From a candidate division WOR-3 bacterium (lineage in GTDB: Bacteria > Hydrothermota > Tepidihabitantia > SM23-42 > JAOAFX01), in assembly GCA_039802265.1 (NCBI GenBank), contig JBDRWI010000038.1, forward strand, positions 1-22,958: a DNA stretch of 22,958 nucleotides, written 5' to 3'. The notes under the pieces were generated by a model. The model searched no databases, was not told the DNA's origin, and saw nothing but the letters and a program-made list of their open reading frames with translations. A program made the translations under genes and the position numbers. Shown piece by piece: positions 14,836 through 22,958 of this stretch (position 1 is its first letter; each line of letters starts with the position of its first letter).

Positions 14836-15120
14836 TTAAGAAATTGCCTCATCAATTTTGAGGATTAAAGAATTAATCCTCTGTTCCAGGTCAACCAGTT
14901 TTCTATTAAATTGCTCTTCCCTTTGAATATACTCATCAACCAGATTCAAGCAGGCCAACACTGCAATCTTGGTTGTTGATGGAAGCGGAAAATCCCGATG
15001 AATTTCCCGCATCTTCTTATCAACAATTTCGGCAATTTTCTTAATACGTTCAACATCCATATCTTCGGAAACAATGCGATAATCATTCCCGAAGATATTT
15101 ACAATCACCTCGTTCTTCAA
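14836..15120 (-). CDS. zapA: Cell division protein ZapA
   Basis: V.IFG..Y, IA..VD.KM.EI, KIAVLA.LNL.DE, C-terminal coil; TTG start with GAGG SD. Confidence 0.9.
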   Translation of the reverse strand: MKNEVIVNIFGNDYRIVSEDMDVERIKKIAEIVDKKMREIHRDFPLPSTTKIAVLACLNLVDEYIQREEQFNRKLVDLEQRINSLILKIDEAIS

Positions 15121-15127
15121 GATAACC

Positions 15128-15304
15128 TCACATCATCATACCGTCAATCTTTTCAATCAATCCATCAACCTTTTTTTTTACATTCTGTTCTTTTTCCTTC
15201 AACCGATTATTTTCTTCTTCCAGTTCACGAATCCGCTGTTTTAATTCATTAACCAGAAGAATCAATTTCTCAATCTTTTCTTCAAGCCGTGCAATTCCAT
15301 TCAA
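15128..15304 (-). CDS. ZapB-like coiled-coil protein, 58 aa (not in ORF track)
   Basis: TTG start overlaps the pheT stop, with AAGGAG 5 nt upstream. Reads MNGIARLEEKIEKLILLVNELKQRIRELEEENNRLKEKEQNVKKKVDGLIEKIDGMMM*; conserved position between pheT and zapA. Confidence 0.8.
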   Translation of the reverse strand: MNGIARLEEKIEKLILLVNELKQRIRELEEENNRLKEKEQNVKKKVDGLIEKIDGMMM

Positions 15305-17619
15305 TTGGTCTCCTTTGTCCTTAATCGGGCATTAAACTTAGTTGTAACCTCCTGGACGATCTTCTGTACAAATCCATCTACTTCCTTATCCGTAAGTGTA
15401 CGGTCGGATGCCTTAAAGTAAAGTCTAAAACCTAAATTCTTTTTACCTAAAGGCAGATTATTGCCTTTATAGTAATCAAAGAGCGCTACCTTTTCCAGAA
15501 CCGGGCCCCCAACCTTAACTATTAAATTCTTTATACTCGGGAGCCGCGTCTCTTCATCAACCAAAAATGAAAGGTCTCTTATATTTGCTGGAAATTTACC
15601 GGGTGGGCTATAAAATGGCTCAGACATCAAAGGAATGACCTTATCAAGAGAAAGTTCAAAATAGAAAAATTCTGACTCACAAATGTTTCTGTCAATCATT
15701 CCCAAATAACCCAGGTCATTGCCCGAACTGAGAACCTTAACGGATTGGGAAAACCCAGGTCTTACTTCCAGTTCAAAATCAATATCTGCAATCCGCAGTG
15801 CCCCAAAGATTGTCTCCACTGTTCCCTTGGCATCGTAGTAATCAATCCGGTTTTGATGTGACGCCCAGAAATCGGGATTCACCTCGCCCCCCATAATTGC
15901 ACCAAGTCTTTTCTCTTCAAAGGGGTCCTTTTTAGATAAGACATTTCCAATTTCAAAGATTTTCAAACAACGGTTGCCCTTTGAGAGATTATAAAGCAGG
16001 CAATCTAAGAGACCAAAGAATAGGGTTGGTCTTAATGCATCAAAACGTTCATTCAGGGGATTCTTTAAACGCACAAATTCCTGGTAACCAAAATCCAACA
16101 AACGCTGGGAGTGAACAAAAGAGATATTATAGACCTCACTAAAACCTAAACCTACCAGATAATCTCTTAAGAATTTTACTACATTTCTATTCTTATCACT
16201 GGTTTTATTACACGCCCAGCGCAAAGGAGGTGTCTCAGGAATATTCGCATAGCCATAAATCCTTGCCACCTCTTCATAAATATCTGCTTCAATCTGAAGA
16301 TCTGAGCGAAAATGGGGAATCCTTGCCCGCAAATTTTCTCGACCCTTTACCACAATACTACTTTTCATAAGCAGATTCCTTATCTTGGCTGTGTTTAAAT
16401 TCAAAGAAAGAATTTTATTGAGGTTTTCCTTAGAAAAATTCACGAACCTTTCTTTTGCCCTGATTCCTTCGGAAATGAATTCTCTTTCCCTTGCCTGGGC
16501 ATAATTTGCAAAATCTAACCCGGTTATTCTTGAAACCTCATCAACCATGGATAGATCAACACCCCTTTCAAACCTCATTGATGCCTCAGTCTGAATGTTT
16601 AGTCTTCTCCGGGTATGGGCAATACGCTGGGGATTGAAATAGGCGCTTTCCAACAAGACCCTTTTTGTTGAGAATGAAATCTCAGACCGCTTTGCGCCGA
16701 TAATTCCGGCCAGGGCAATCGGACCATCGCGGTCTGCAATCACCAAGTCATTCTCTTCCAGTTTAAAATGAGTCCCTTCAAGGGTAATAAAATCTTCGCC
16801 TCTTTTTGCCTTTCTTATTATTACCGGACCATTCAAAAGGTCCAGATCAAATGGGTGCAACGGCTGACCATAAAAAAGCATATTTAAATTCGTTAGGTCT
16901 ACAACATTATTGATGCTATTCATCCCCATACAATAAAGACGCCACTTGAGGGAAAATGGCGAATATGCTACAGCAACATTCTCAAAAACCCGGGCGGTAT
17001 ATCTTGGACAACCATCCCGGTCAACAAGTTTTATTACATTTCTATTTTTACGGTTGAACTGAAATGGCTTTTTTTCCTGAGTCAAACCAATTCCAAAGCC
17101 CAACGCAATCTCCCGTGCCAGTCCAATTACTGAAAGAAGATCGGGACGATTGGTGGGGATTTTTATATCAATCACCTGGTCATCAAAGAAATCACTAAAC
17201 TTCTTACCTGGACTTCCTTTATCAAGAACAATAACCCCAGTTGATTTCTCGGAAAGTCCAAGTTCTTCTTCACTTATTAAAATACCCATAGATTTAATAC
17301 CACCGAAATCTCTTTCTTTCACTGGTTGATCCCTGAATTTACCACCGGCAGGAATGACAAGCACGAGGTCATTTATCTTTAATGTCATATCAGCACTCAC
17401 AATGGGAATTAAATTTTTCGCCCTTACCTCAAGGATGCATAGATTTTTCATATGTGGATGCAAAGTTACATTTTCTACCCGACCAATGATTGCATCCGCC
17501 GGTGCAAGATTTGTCACCTGTTCAATCTCCATTCCCAGGTTAAGAACCGCCTTCTTCAGGTCATCCAGTGGCAGTTCTGCCTTGAGTATTTCCTCAAGCC
17601 ATTTAACCGAAACCAACAT
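15301..17619 (-). CDS. pheT: Phenylalanine--tRNA ligase beta subunit
   Basis: S.KWL.E, NRPDLLS..GLAREIA, GQPLH.FD, EAS.RFERGVD, EEVARIYGY, RDLSF, RTLTD.EV. Confidence 0.96.
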   Translation of the reverse strand: MLVSVKWLEEILKAELPLDDLKKAVLNLGMEIEQVTNLAPADAIIGRVENVTLHPHMKNLCILEVRAKNLIPIVSADMTLKINDLVLVIPAGGKFRDQPVKERDFGGIKSMGILISEEELGLSEKSTGVIVLDKGSPGKKFSDFFDDQVIDIKIPTNRPDLLSVIGLAREIALGFGIGLTQEKKPFQFNRKNRNVIKLVDRDGCPRYTARVFENVAVAYSPFSLKWRLYCMGMNSINNVVDLTNLNMLFYGQPLHPFDLDLLNGPVIIRKAKRGEDFITLEGTHFKLEENDLVIADRDGPIALAGIIGAKRSEISFSTKRVLLESAYFNPQRIAHTRRRLNIQTEASMRFERGVDLSMVDEVSRITGLDFANYAQAREREFISEGIRAKERFVNFSKENLNKILSLNLNTAKIRNLLMKSSIVVKGRENLRARIPHFRSDLQIEADIYEEVARIYGYANIPETPPLRWACNKTSDKNRNVVKFLRDYLVGLGFSEVYNISFVHSQRLLDFGYQEFVRLKNPLNERFDALRPTLFFGLLDCLLYNLSKGNRCLKIFEIGNVLSKKDPFEEKRLGAIMGGEVNPDFWASHQNRIDYYDAKGTVETIFGALRIADIDFELEVRPGFSQSVKVLSSGNDLGYLGMIDRNICESEFFYFELSLDKVIPLMSEPFYSPPGKFPANIRDLSFLVDEETRLPSIKNLIVKVGGPVLEKVALFDYYKGNNLPLGKKNLGFRLYFKASDRTLTDKEVDGFVQKIVQEVTTKFNARLRTKETN

Positions 17620-17627
17620 AAAAACTC

Positions 17628-18629
17628 CTAAAATTGTTCTAAAAATCTCATATCATTATTATAAAATACCCTTATATCATCAATCATATACTTGATCATC
17701 GCTACCCGCTCAATACCCATACCTAAGGCGTAACCGGAATACTCTTTTGGCGAAATCTTTACATTTTTCAAAACCTGGGGATGGACCATACCACAGCCGA
17801 GCATCTCAAGCCAGCCCGAATTACCACAGACCGGGCAGCCTTCACCATTACAGACCGAACAACTTATTGCCAGTTCCCCTGAAGGCTCGGTGAATGGAAA
17901 GAAACTTGGCCGCAGCTGGTATTTTGTCCTGGGCCCAAAAATCTGTTTTACGAATTCAGCAAGGAGCCACTTTAATTCACCAAAGGAAACTCCTTTGTCG
18001 ACATAAAGTGCCTCAACTTGATGAAATACCGGGGAATGACTCGGGTCAAAGGGATCAAATCTATAGCATCTTCCAGGACATATAATCTTTACGGGCGGAC
18101 GCTGTTTCTCCATCACCCGGATCTGAACCGGCGAGGTGTGGCTCCGTAGCATCAACTCATCGGTAATATAAAGACTTGAAAACATATCACGCGCCGGATG
18201 ATCCCTGGGGATATTAAGCGCCTCAAAGTTATACCAGTCATATTCAATCTCTGGACCGGTTGCCACGGCGAATCCCAAATTCTCAAAAAAGGAAACAATC
18301 TCATCCTGAATTAGCGATAGTGGATGGCGGTGTCCCACATAACCTACCCTTCCGGGTAAGAGCAGATCTAATGATGGTTCCGCCACTTTTTCGTATTCCC
18401 TGAGTCTCTCGGTAATCTTTTCAGTAAGATTCTTTTTTATAAGATTGATTGCGTTGCCAAACCTTCTTCGTTCTTCAATCGGTAATGAGGCAAGTTCTTT
18501 AAAGAGCGCATTTAACATCCCTTTACGGCCAAGATATTTAATCCTTAATTCTTCCAGGGTACTTTTACCTATTGCCCTTGAAAGGTCCTGTTCAATCTCC
18601 GATTGTAAGCTTTTTAATCGCTCTTCCAT
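17628..18629 (-). CDS. pheS: Phenylalanine--tRNA ligase alpha subunit (with CxxC...CxxC insert)
   Basis: NF.ALN.P..HPAR, LRSHTSPVQ, FHQVE, FPFTEPS, CSVCNGEGCPVC, GCGMVHP, G.G.ER. Start ATG 18629 or TTG 18638. Confidence 0.96.
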   Translation of the reverse strand: MEERLKSLQSEIEQDLSRAIGKSTLEELRIKYLGRKGMLNALFKELASLPIEERRRFGNAINLIKKNLTEKITERLREYEKVAEPSLDLLLPGRVGYVGHRHPLSLIQDEIVSFFENLGFAVATGPEIEYDWYNFEALNIPRDHPARDMFSSLYITDELMLRSHTSPVQIRVMEKQRPPVKIICPGRCYRFDPFDPSHSPVFHQVEALYVDKGVSFGELKWLLAEFVKQIFGPRTKYQLRPSFFPFTEPSGELAISCSVCNGEGCPVCGNSGWLEMLGCGMVHPQVLKNVKISPKEYSGYALGMGIERVAMIKYMIDDIRVFYNNDMRFLEQF

Positions 18630-18644
18630 AATTTCCAATCAATA

Positions 18645-19007
18645 TCAACCAGTCTGGAATGATGACTTGCACAACTGAACCAGTGAGTTGAACTCTTCTG
18701 GGTGTTCATAGGCAAGTGCTGCCAGTATCTTACGATTTAGTACAATGTCATTCTTCCTCAAAACATTAATGAATTGTGAATATTTCAACCCTTCCCTGCG
18801 TAGTGCCGCATTTATTCGGGTAATCCATAATGACCTGAATACCCGTTTCTTTCTTTTTCTCTCGCGGTAGGCACTAAGCCATGCCTTCATTACCGCAAGA
18901 CGAGCAATCTTATAGAGGCGATGCTTGGCACCCCAGAATCCCTTTGCTGCCTTAAGCCACTTCTTACGCCTCTTTCTGGTATAAGGTGCATTCTTTGTCC
19001 TCGGCAT
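18645..19007 (-). CDS. rplT: 50S ribosomal protein L20
   Basis: MPR.K, AKGFWG, AYRERKRKKR.FRSLWITRINAA, LNRKILA.LA. Confidence 0.96.
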   Translation of the reverse strand: MPRTKNAPYTRKRRKKWLKAAKGFWGAKHRLYKIARLAVMKAWLSAYRERKRKKRVFRSLWITRINAALRREGLKYSQFINVLRKNDIVLNRKILAALAYEHPEEFNSLVQLCKSSFQTG

Positions 19008-19022
19008 TTTTTCTCCTTTTCA

Positions 19023-19050
19023 ATTATAACTAAATTCTAAAATCTGTCAA
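19023..19050 (-). promoter_or_regulatory. Internal sigma70-type promoter between rpmI and rplT
   Basis: Perfect TTGACA (19050-19045), 16 bp, TATAAT (19028-19023), then TGAAAAGGAGAAAAA-ATG. Confidence 0.8.
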
Positions 19051-19093
19051 CTAACTTTTTGCAGTTGCTCCTTTTTAATTCCTTAATCCATTT

Positions 19094-19279
19094 CTAAAAA
19101 CCCTTTATTCGTCTAACATCTGATTTACTTAGAGTCACAGATTTTGACAACCGCCGCTTCCTCTTCGATGATTTTGAGATCAATAAATGCCTCTTGCCGG
19201 CTCGCCACCGAGTGATCTTTCCACTTTTTCTAATCTTAATTCTCTTTTTCCAACCCCTTTTGGTCTTTAGTTTTGCCAT
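19094..19279 (-). CDS. rpmI: 50S ribosomal protein L35
   Basis: M.KLKT...KKR.K...SGKI...RHLL..KS.KRKRRL; AGGAG SD; lies between infC and rplT. Confidence 0.92.
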   Translation of the reverse strand: MAKLKTKRGWKKRIKIRKSGKITRWRAGKRHLLISKSSKRKRRLSKSVTLSKSDVRRIKGF

Positions 19280-19799
19280 CTGTTGTTCTCCTTTTTTGAG
19301 GAATAAAATTTACCTGGATTGTTGATTCTTCCTGTTTAGGCGGGGATTCAAGGACTGCTATCTCCTCAAGGTCTTTGATGAGTTTCTCTATCCGCTTCAT
19401 ACCCAAATCTGCATGGAGAAGTTCCCTGCCCCTCAGACGCAGTTTTACCTTGACTTTGTCACCCAATTCCAAAAATTCTTTTATTTTGTTCAATTTCACC
19501 TGATAGTCGTGCTCAGAAATCTTCATTGACATTCTCATCTCTCTCACAATCGTGCGATGCTGATGCTTCCTTGATTCCCTTTCCTGTCGCTTCTTCTCAT
19601 AAACATATCTACCAAAATTCATTAGCCGGCAGACCGGTGGCTGGGCATCCGGAGCCACCTCTACCAGGTCATATCCCCTTTCTCGGGCAATACGAAGGGC
19701 AATCGCCAATTCGTATATCCCCATGTACTGCTTCTTTTCATCTATTAGTTTCACCTTCTCGGCATTAATTTCATTATTCACCCTTGGTAGGTTCTTAAT
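19236..19799 (-). CDS. infC: Translation initiation factor IF-3 (ATT start)
   Basis: RVN.EI, DLVEVAP.A.PPVC.LM.FG.Y.YE, I.EHDY.VK, GDKVK...RGRE. AGGAGG-N5-ATT at 19799, overlapping the thrS TAA. Confidence 0.94.
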   Translation of the reverse strand: MKNLPRVNNEINAEKVKLIDEKKQYMGIYELAIALRIARERGYDLVEVAPDAQPPVCRLMNFGRYVYEKKRQERESRKHQHRTIVREMRMSMKISEHDYQVKLNKIKEFLELGDKVKVKLRLRGRELLHADLGMKRIEKLIKDLEEIAVLESPPKQEESTIQVNFIPQKRRTTDGKTKDQKGLEKEN

Positions 19800-21693
19800 C
19801 TTCTCCTCCTTGTTCTGATTCACATAAATTTATAAAATCTTTTAATTTCATCTCACCCATATCACCACGCCCCCTTTTTCTGATTGCAACGGTATTCTTC
19901 TCTAACTCCTTCGGTCCTACTATTACCATGTAGGGGACCTTCTGCATTTCAGTTTCTCTTATCCGGTAGTTTATCTTCATTGATTTATTGTTTACCTCAA
20001 CCCTGAAATCATGCCTTTGGAGTTTTTTAAAGACCTCGTTTGCATATTTGTCTTCTTTATCAGTAATTGGCATCACCACAATCTGAACCGGCGCAAGCCA
20101 GAAAGGAAATGCACCCCCATAATGTTCAATCAGGGTACCGATAAACCTTTCTATTGAACCATACAGTGCCCGATGTATTACCACAACCTCCTTATGCTCT
20201 CCCCGAGAATCCATATACTCAATCTTAAACCTTTTGGGCAAATTAAAATCAAACTGAATTGTGGTCGCCTGCCAGGCGCGACCAATTGCGTCAAGGATGT
20301 TGATGTCAATCTTTGGACCGTAAAATACTGCCTCGCCGATTTGGACCTTATACTGGAGATTTACCTTCTGGAGCGCTGAGACGAGACCACTTTCCGCCCT
20401 CTGCCACTCCTCATCAGAACCCATAAATTTCTCTTTATTCTTTGGGTCACGAACTGACAGGTTGACCTGAAAGTCATTGAATCCAAATTTCTTAAAAATC
20501 TTTAAGGTGAGTTGTAAAATCTTAACTATCTCCTCCTCAATCTGGTCAGGACGGCAGAAGATATGGGCATCATCCTGGGTAAATCCCCTTACCCTTAATA
20601 AACCATGGAGTGTGCCGGAAAGTTCATTTCTATAAACCGTAGCCAGTTCCGCATACCTGATAGGTAACTCTTTGTAACTACGCACCCTGGATTTGTATAT
20701 CAAAATATGACCCGGACAGTTCATCGGTTTTAAGACATATTCTTCATTCTCAACCTTCAGGGTATACATCTTATCCCGGTAATAGTCATAATGGCCGGAT
20801 TGGTGCCATAATTGACCCCGGGCAATATGGGGGGTGGCGATGATTTTATAGTCATTGGCAATATGTTCCTTAATCCAGTATTCTTCTATCAACCTTTTAA
20901 TGATCGTTCCCTTGGGATGCCAGAAGACAAGTCCGGCACCAGCCTCATCAAAGATTGAAAAAAGATCAAGTTCCTTTCCCAACCTTCGGTGGTCCCTTTT
21001 CTGTGCCTCCTCAAGTCTTTTCAGATATGAAGCAAGGTCTTCGCGGGTGGTGAATGAAATACCGTAGATCCTTGAGAGCATGGGCTGGGTCGAGTCACCG
21101 CGCCAGTATGCACCGGCAACACTTAAAAGTTTGAATGCCTTAACAAAACCAGTGCTCGGAATATGTGGTCCACGGCATAAATCAACAAACTCGCCATTCC
21201 GATAAAGACTGATTTCTTTATCCGGAATCTCCTGGGCAAGTTCCACCTTATAGGTTTCGTTTCTCCGGGTGAAGAATTCTATTACTGCCTCTTTAGTCAT
21301 CACAATCCGCTCAAATGGAATATCTTCTTTTATTATTTCTGCCATCTTTTGTTCTATCTTTTCAAGGTCTTCGGGTGTAAAAGGGGTGGGACGGTCAAAA
21401 TCATAATAAAAACCCTGGTCAATGGCTGGTCCGATGGCTAACTTTGTCTCAGGAAACAATGCCTTTACCGCCATCGCCATTATATGACTGGTGGAATGCC
21501 AGTAGACCTGTTGTCCTTCCGGGTCAGAAAACCTAATCGGTTCTATTTCACAATCACTGTTTATAACCGTATTTAAATCCTTTAACTCACCATTAACCCG
21601 CACCGCAATAACATCCTTATCACTTACTAATTCAACTATCTTTTTACCCGGTTCAATCTCTATTTGCGCGCCATTTAGTTTAACCTTCAACAT
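19795..21693 (-). CDS. thrS: Threonine--tRNA ligase
   Basis: TGS domain, HSTSHIMA, GFYYDF, DLCRGPH, RDHRRLG, LKPMNCP, RVRGFTQDDAH, FYGPKID, anticodon-binding domain. Confidence 0.97.
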   Translation of the reverse strand: MLKVKLNGAQIEIEPGKKIVELVSDKDVIAVRVNGELKDLNTVINSDCEIEPIRFSDPEGQQVYWHSTSHIMAMAVKALFPETKLAIGPAIDQGFYYDFDRPTPFTPEDLEKIEQKMAEIIKEDIPFERIVMTKEAVIEFFTRRNETYKVELAQEIPDKEISLYRNGEFVDLCRGPHIPSTGFVKAFKLLSVAGAYWRGDSTQPMLSRIYGISFTTREDLASYLKRLEEAQKRDHRRLGKELDLFSIFDEAGAGLVFWHPKGTIIKRLIEEYWIKEHIANDYKIIATPHIARGQLWHQSGHYDYYRDKMYTLKVENEEYVLKPMNCPGHILIYKSRVRSYKELPIRYAELATVYRNELSGTLHGLLRVRGFTQDDAHIFCRPDQIEEEIVKILQLTLKIFKKFGFNDFQVNLSVRDPKNKEKFMGSDEEWQRAESGLVSALQKVNLQYKVQIGEAVFYGPKIDINILDAIGRAWQATTIQFDFNLPKRFKIEYMDSRGEHKEVVVIHRALYGSIERFIGTLIEHYGGAFPFWLAPVQIVVMPITDKEDKYANEVFKKLQRHDFRVEVNNKSMKINYRIRETEMQKVPYMVIVGPKELEKNTVAIRKRGRGDMGEMKLKDFINLCESEQGGED

Positions 21694-21699
21694 AGGTCA

Positions 21700-21727
21700 A
21701 TTATAAAGGTTTTTTTACTTTTGTCAA
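21700..21727 (-). promoter_or_regulatory. sigma70-type promoter for thrS, leaderless configuration
   Basis: Perfect TTGACA (21727-21722), 16 bp, TATAAT (21705-21700), 6 nt, ATG at 21693; no SD. Confidence 0.82.
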
Positions 21728-21778
21728 TGGGTTTAGACTAAGTCTATAAATATAGAACGCTCTTTGCTTTTGAAATTG

Positions 21779-22336
21779 CTATCTAAATTCCTTTAATTTT
21801 TCAATAAAAATTGTAAATTGCTCATCATTGAATGAGTCGTCTGTGATTCTTATGCGTGGACCGGCAAATATAGTAATACCCGGGATTGGCTTAATTGCCC
21901 TGCCCGTGGTCAAAATTGTGACAACCCTCCTACCGAGTTTGCCGAAGAAGTCAATATCGGTTATCTGACCTTTATCAATCCTGACCAATCGTTTTTCCCT
22001 ACCCCGATATAAACTTATTCCTTCTTTATCTATCTCAATAGCCCTGATTCCCTTTTTCTGCCAGACAAGATAGTCTATTACCATATATGTTACAAGAATT
22101 GTAAATCCGATAATAAAAATTGTAAATGTATAAAGATTGCGGATGGACAGGAGAATAAATAACAAGAACCCTCCCAAAATAATTCCACCGAGATTTGTAA
22201 AAATCAAATACTTCGCCTTCGCTTCCATTCGGAAAATAATATCTTTCTTTAGATTAGTCCCCTGGTCAGGCACAATATCATTTGGAGGTCTCCTTACTGC
22301 ATTAATTTGGGGAGGTGGAGATTTTTCATCAATCAA
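21779..22336 (-). CDS. Hypothetical two-TM membrane protein with a soluble, possibly PH-like C-terminal domain
   Basis: 185-aa ORF, AGGAG 6 nt before the TTG, two hydrophobic helices followed by a beta-rich domain. Confidence 0.7.
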   Translation of the reverse strand: MIDEKSPPPQINAVRRPPNDIVPDQGTNLKKDIIFRMEAKAKYLIFTNLGGIILGGFLLFILLSIRNLYTFTIFIIGFTILVTYMVIDYLVWQKKGIRAIEIDKEGISLYRGREKRLVRIDKGQITDIDFFGKLGRRVVTILTTGRAIKPIPGITIFAGPRIRITDDSFNDEQFTIFIEKLKEFR

Positions 22337-22367
22337 TATTGTCTCCTTTTATTCCTGTCAAGAAAAC

Positions 22368-22381
22368 TTACCTATCGGTAA
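22368..22381. promoter_or_regulatory. Candidate operator palindrome TTACC-N4-GGTAA
   Basis: Perfect 5-4-5 inverted repeat in an intergenic gap; shares an 11-bp core with 10624-10634. Confidence 0.3.
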
Positions 22382-22958
22382 TTATCTTGCAAAAAAACAA
22401 TCATGAAATGGCAGCATTTTATCAGGATAGTGCATTCCCTCTTTTATTGCAAAGATATAATCGCGATTGTATGTCCGAACATAGAGTTTTTTACCTTTTA
22501 CAATCATCGTCTCCGGGGCACTATCAAGTTTGATTTTTTGAATAATTTCACCGGTATAGCGGTTGACGACAAATAGAAAATCATCTTCGTCAGTAAATCC
22601 GTAGCCACAGAAGATAACATCTTTGTAAACCGCAAAGTCCTGATTAGAAGTAAGGGGCGGCGTTACCCAGACAATCTTGCCATTTTTCACATCAAGACAG
22701 ATTAGATATGCAGTCAGGTAATTAGACAAAGAAGCATAGGTATTGGTAGTTGAGTTAAAATATAAAAAATTTCCTACCATATCATATTGATGCGCCTCAT
22801 ATTCTCCGGGAAATAATTGTTCCATATCGTATGCAAATTTTACCTCACTCAATGAATTATCGCAGACCAGAAGGGTGATTTTGTAATGAATCGTAAATTC
22901 TTCTAATTTGATGATCTGGCGAATTCCGTAAATCAGAATGATATAATCATCGTATCTC
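22382..22958 (-). CDS. Beta-propeller (PQQ-like repeat) hypothetical protein, 5' part outside window
   Basis: Frame stays open from the window end through 22852. LICLDVKNGKIVW, CGYGFTDEDDFLFVVNRYTGEI, KLYVRTY. Confidence 0.7.
   Translation of the reverse strand, partial: RYDDYIILIYGIRQIIKLEEFTIHYKITLLVCDNSLSEVKFAYDMEQLFPGEYEAHQYDMVGNFLYFNSTTNTYASLSNYLTAYLICLDVKNGKIVWVTPPLTSNQDFAVYKDVIFCGYGFTDEDDFLFVVNRYTGEIIQKIKLDSAPETMIVKGKKLYVRTYNRDYIFAIKEGMHYPDKMLPFHDCFFAR

Noticed and set aside
22334..22361. TTGACA (22361-22356, minus) as an eighth promoter
   Set aside because: No acceptable -10 box at 16-18 bp.
1..22958. CRISPR array, prophage, integrase/att site at the tRNAs, IS element, defence island
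   Set aside because: No regularly spaced repeats, no duplicated tRNA 3' ends and no recombinase or transposase ORFs were seen. The DUF4143 ATPase alone is not enough to call a defence system.

Overview
A low-GC window of mostly housekeeping genes from a diderm, probably anaerobic bacterium. The Omp85 barrel, the T9SS/Por-type C-terminal tail and IorAB would fit an FCB-related candidate lineage such as WOR-3, but that is inference only. Left arm (+): 3' part of an AAA_14/DUF4143 ATPase, an archaeal/MTHFSD-type 5-formyl-THF cyclo-ligase paralog, a lone BFD-like [2Fe-2S] protein, lipB and a DedA/VTT protein. A minus-strand block follows: tRNA-Arg(UCG), tadA, a REP-like hairpin, an unassigned ~100-nt structured RNA candidate, tRNA-Ser(CGA), a peptidase/PD40/Omp85 fusion, an orphan ABC substrate-binding lipoprotein, a PH/DUF1648 membrane protein, a decaying secreted-protein pseudogene and ftsY. 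Then iorAB (+), converging on the conserved minus-strand cluster thrS-infC(ATT start)-rpmI-rplT-pheS-pheT-zapB-like-zapA-6S RNA-rny, and two hypothetical genes. Main observations: (1) all seven near-consensus sigma70 promoters I could read have exactly a 16-bp spacer; (2) four of them place the ATG at the expected +1, implying leaderless mRNAs, thrS included; (3) tadA sits beside tRNA-Arg(UCG), not its ACG substrate; (4) a multi-helix RNA with two alternative pairing registers abuts tRNA-Ser. I saw no CRISPR array, integrase or transposase.
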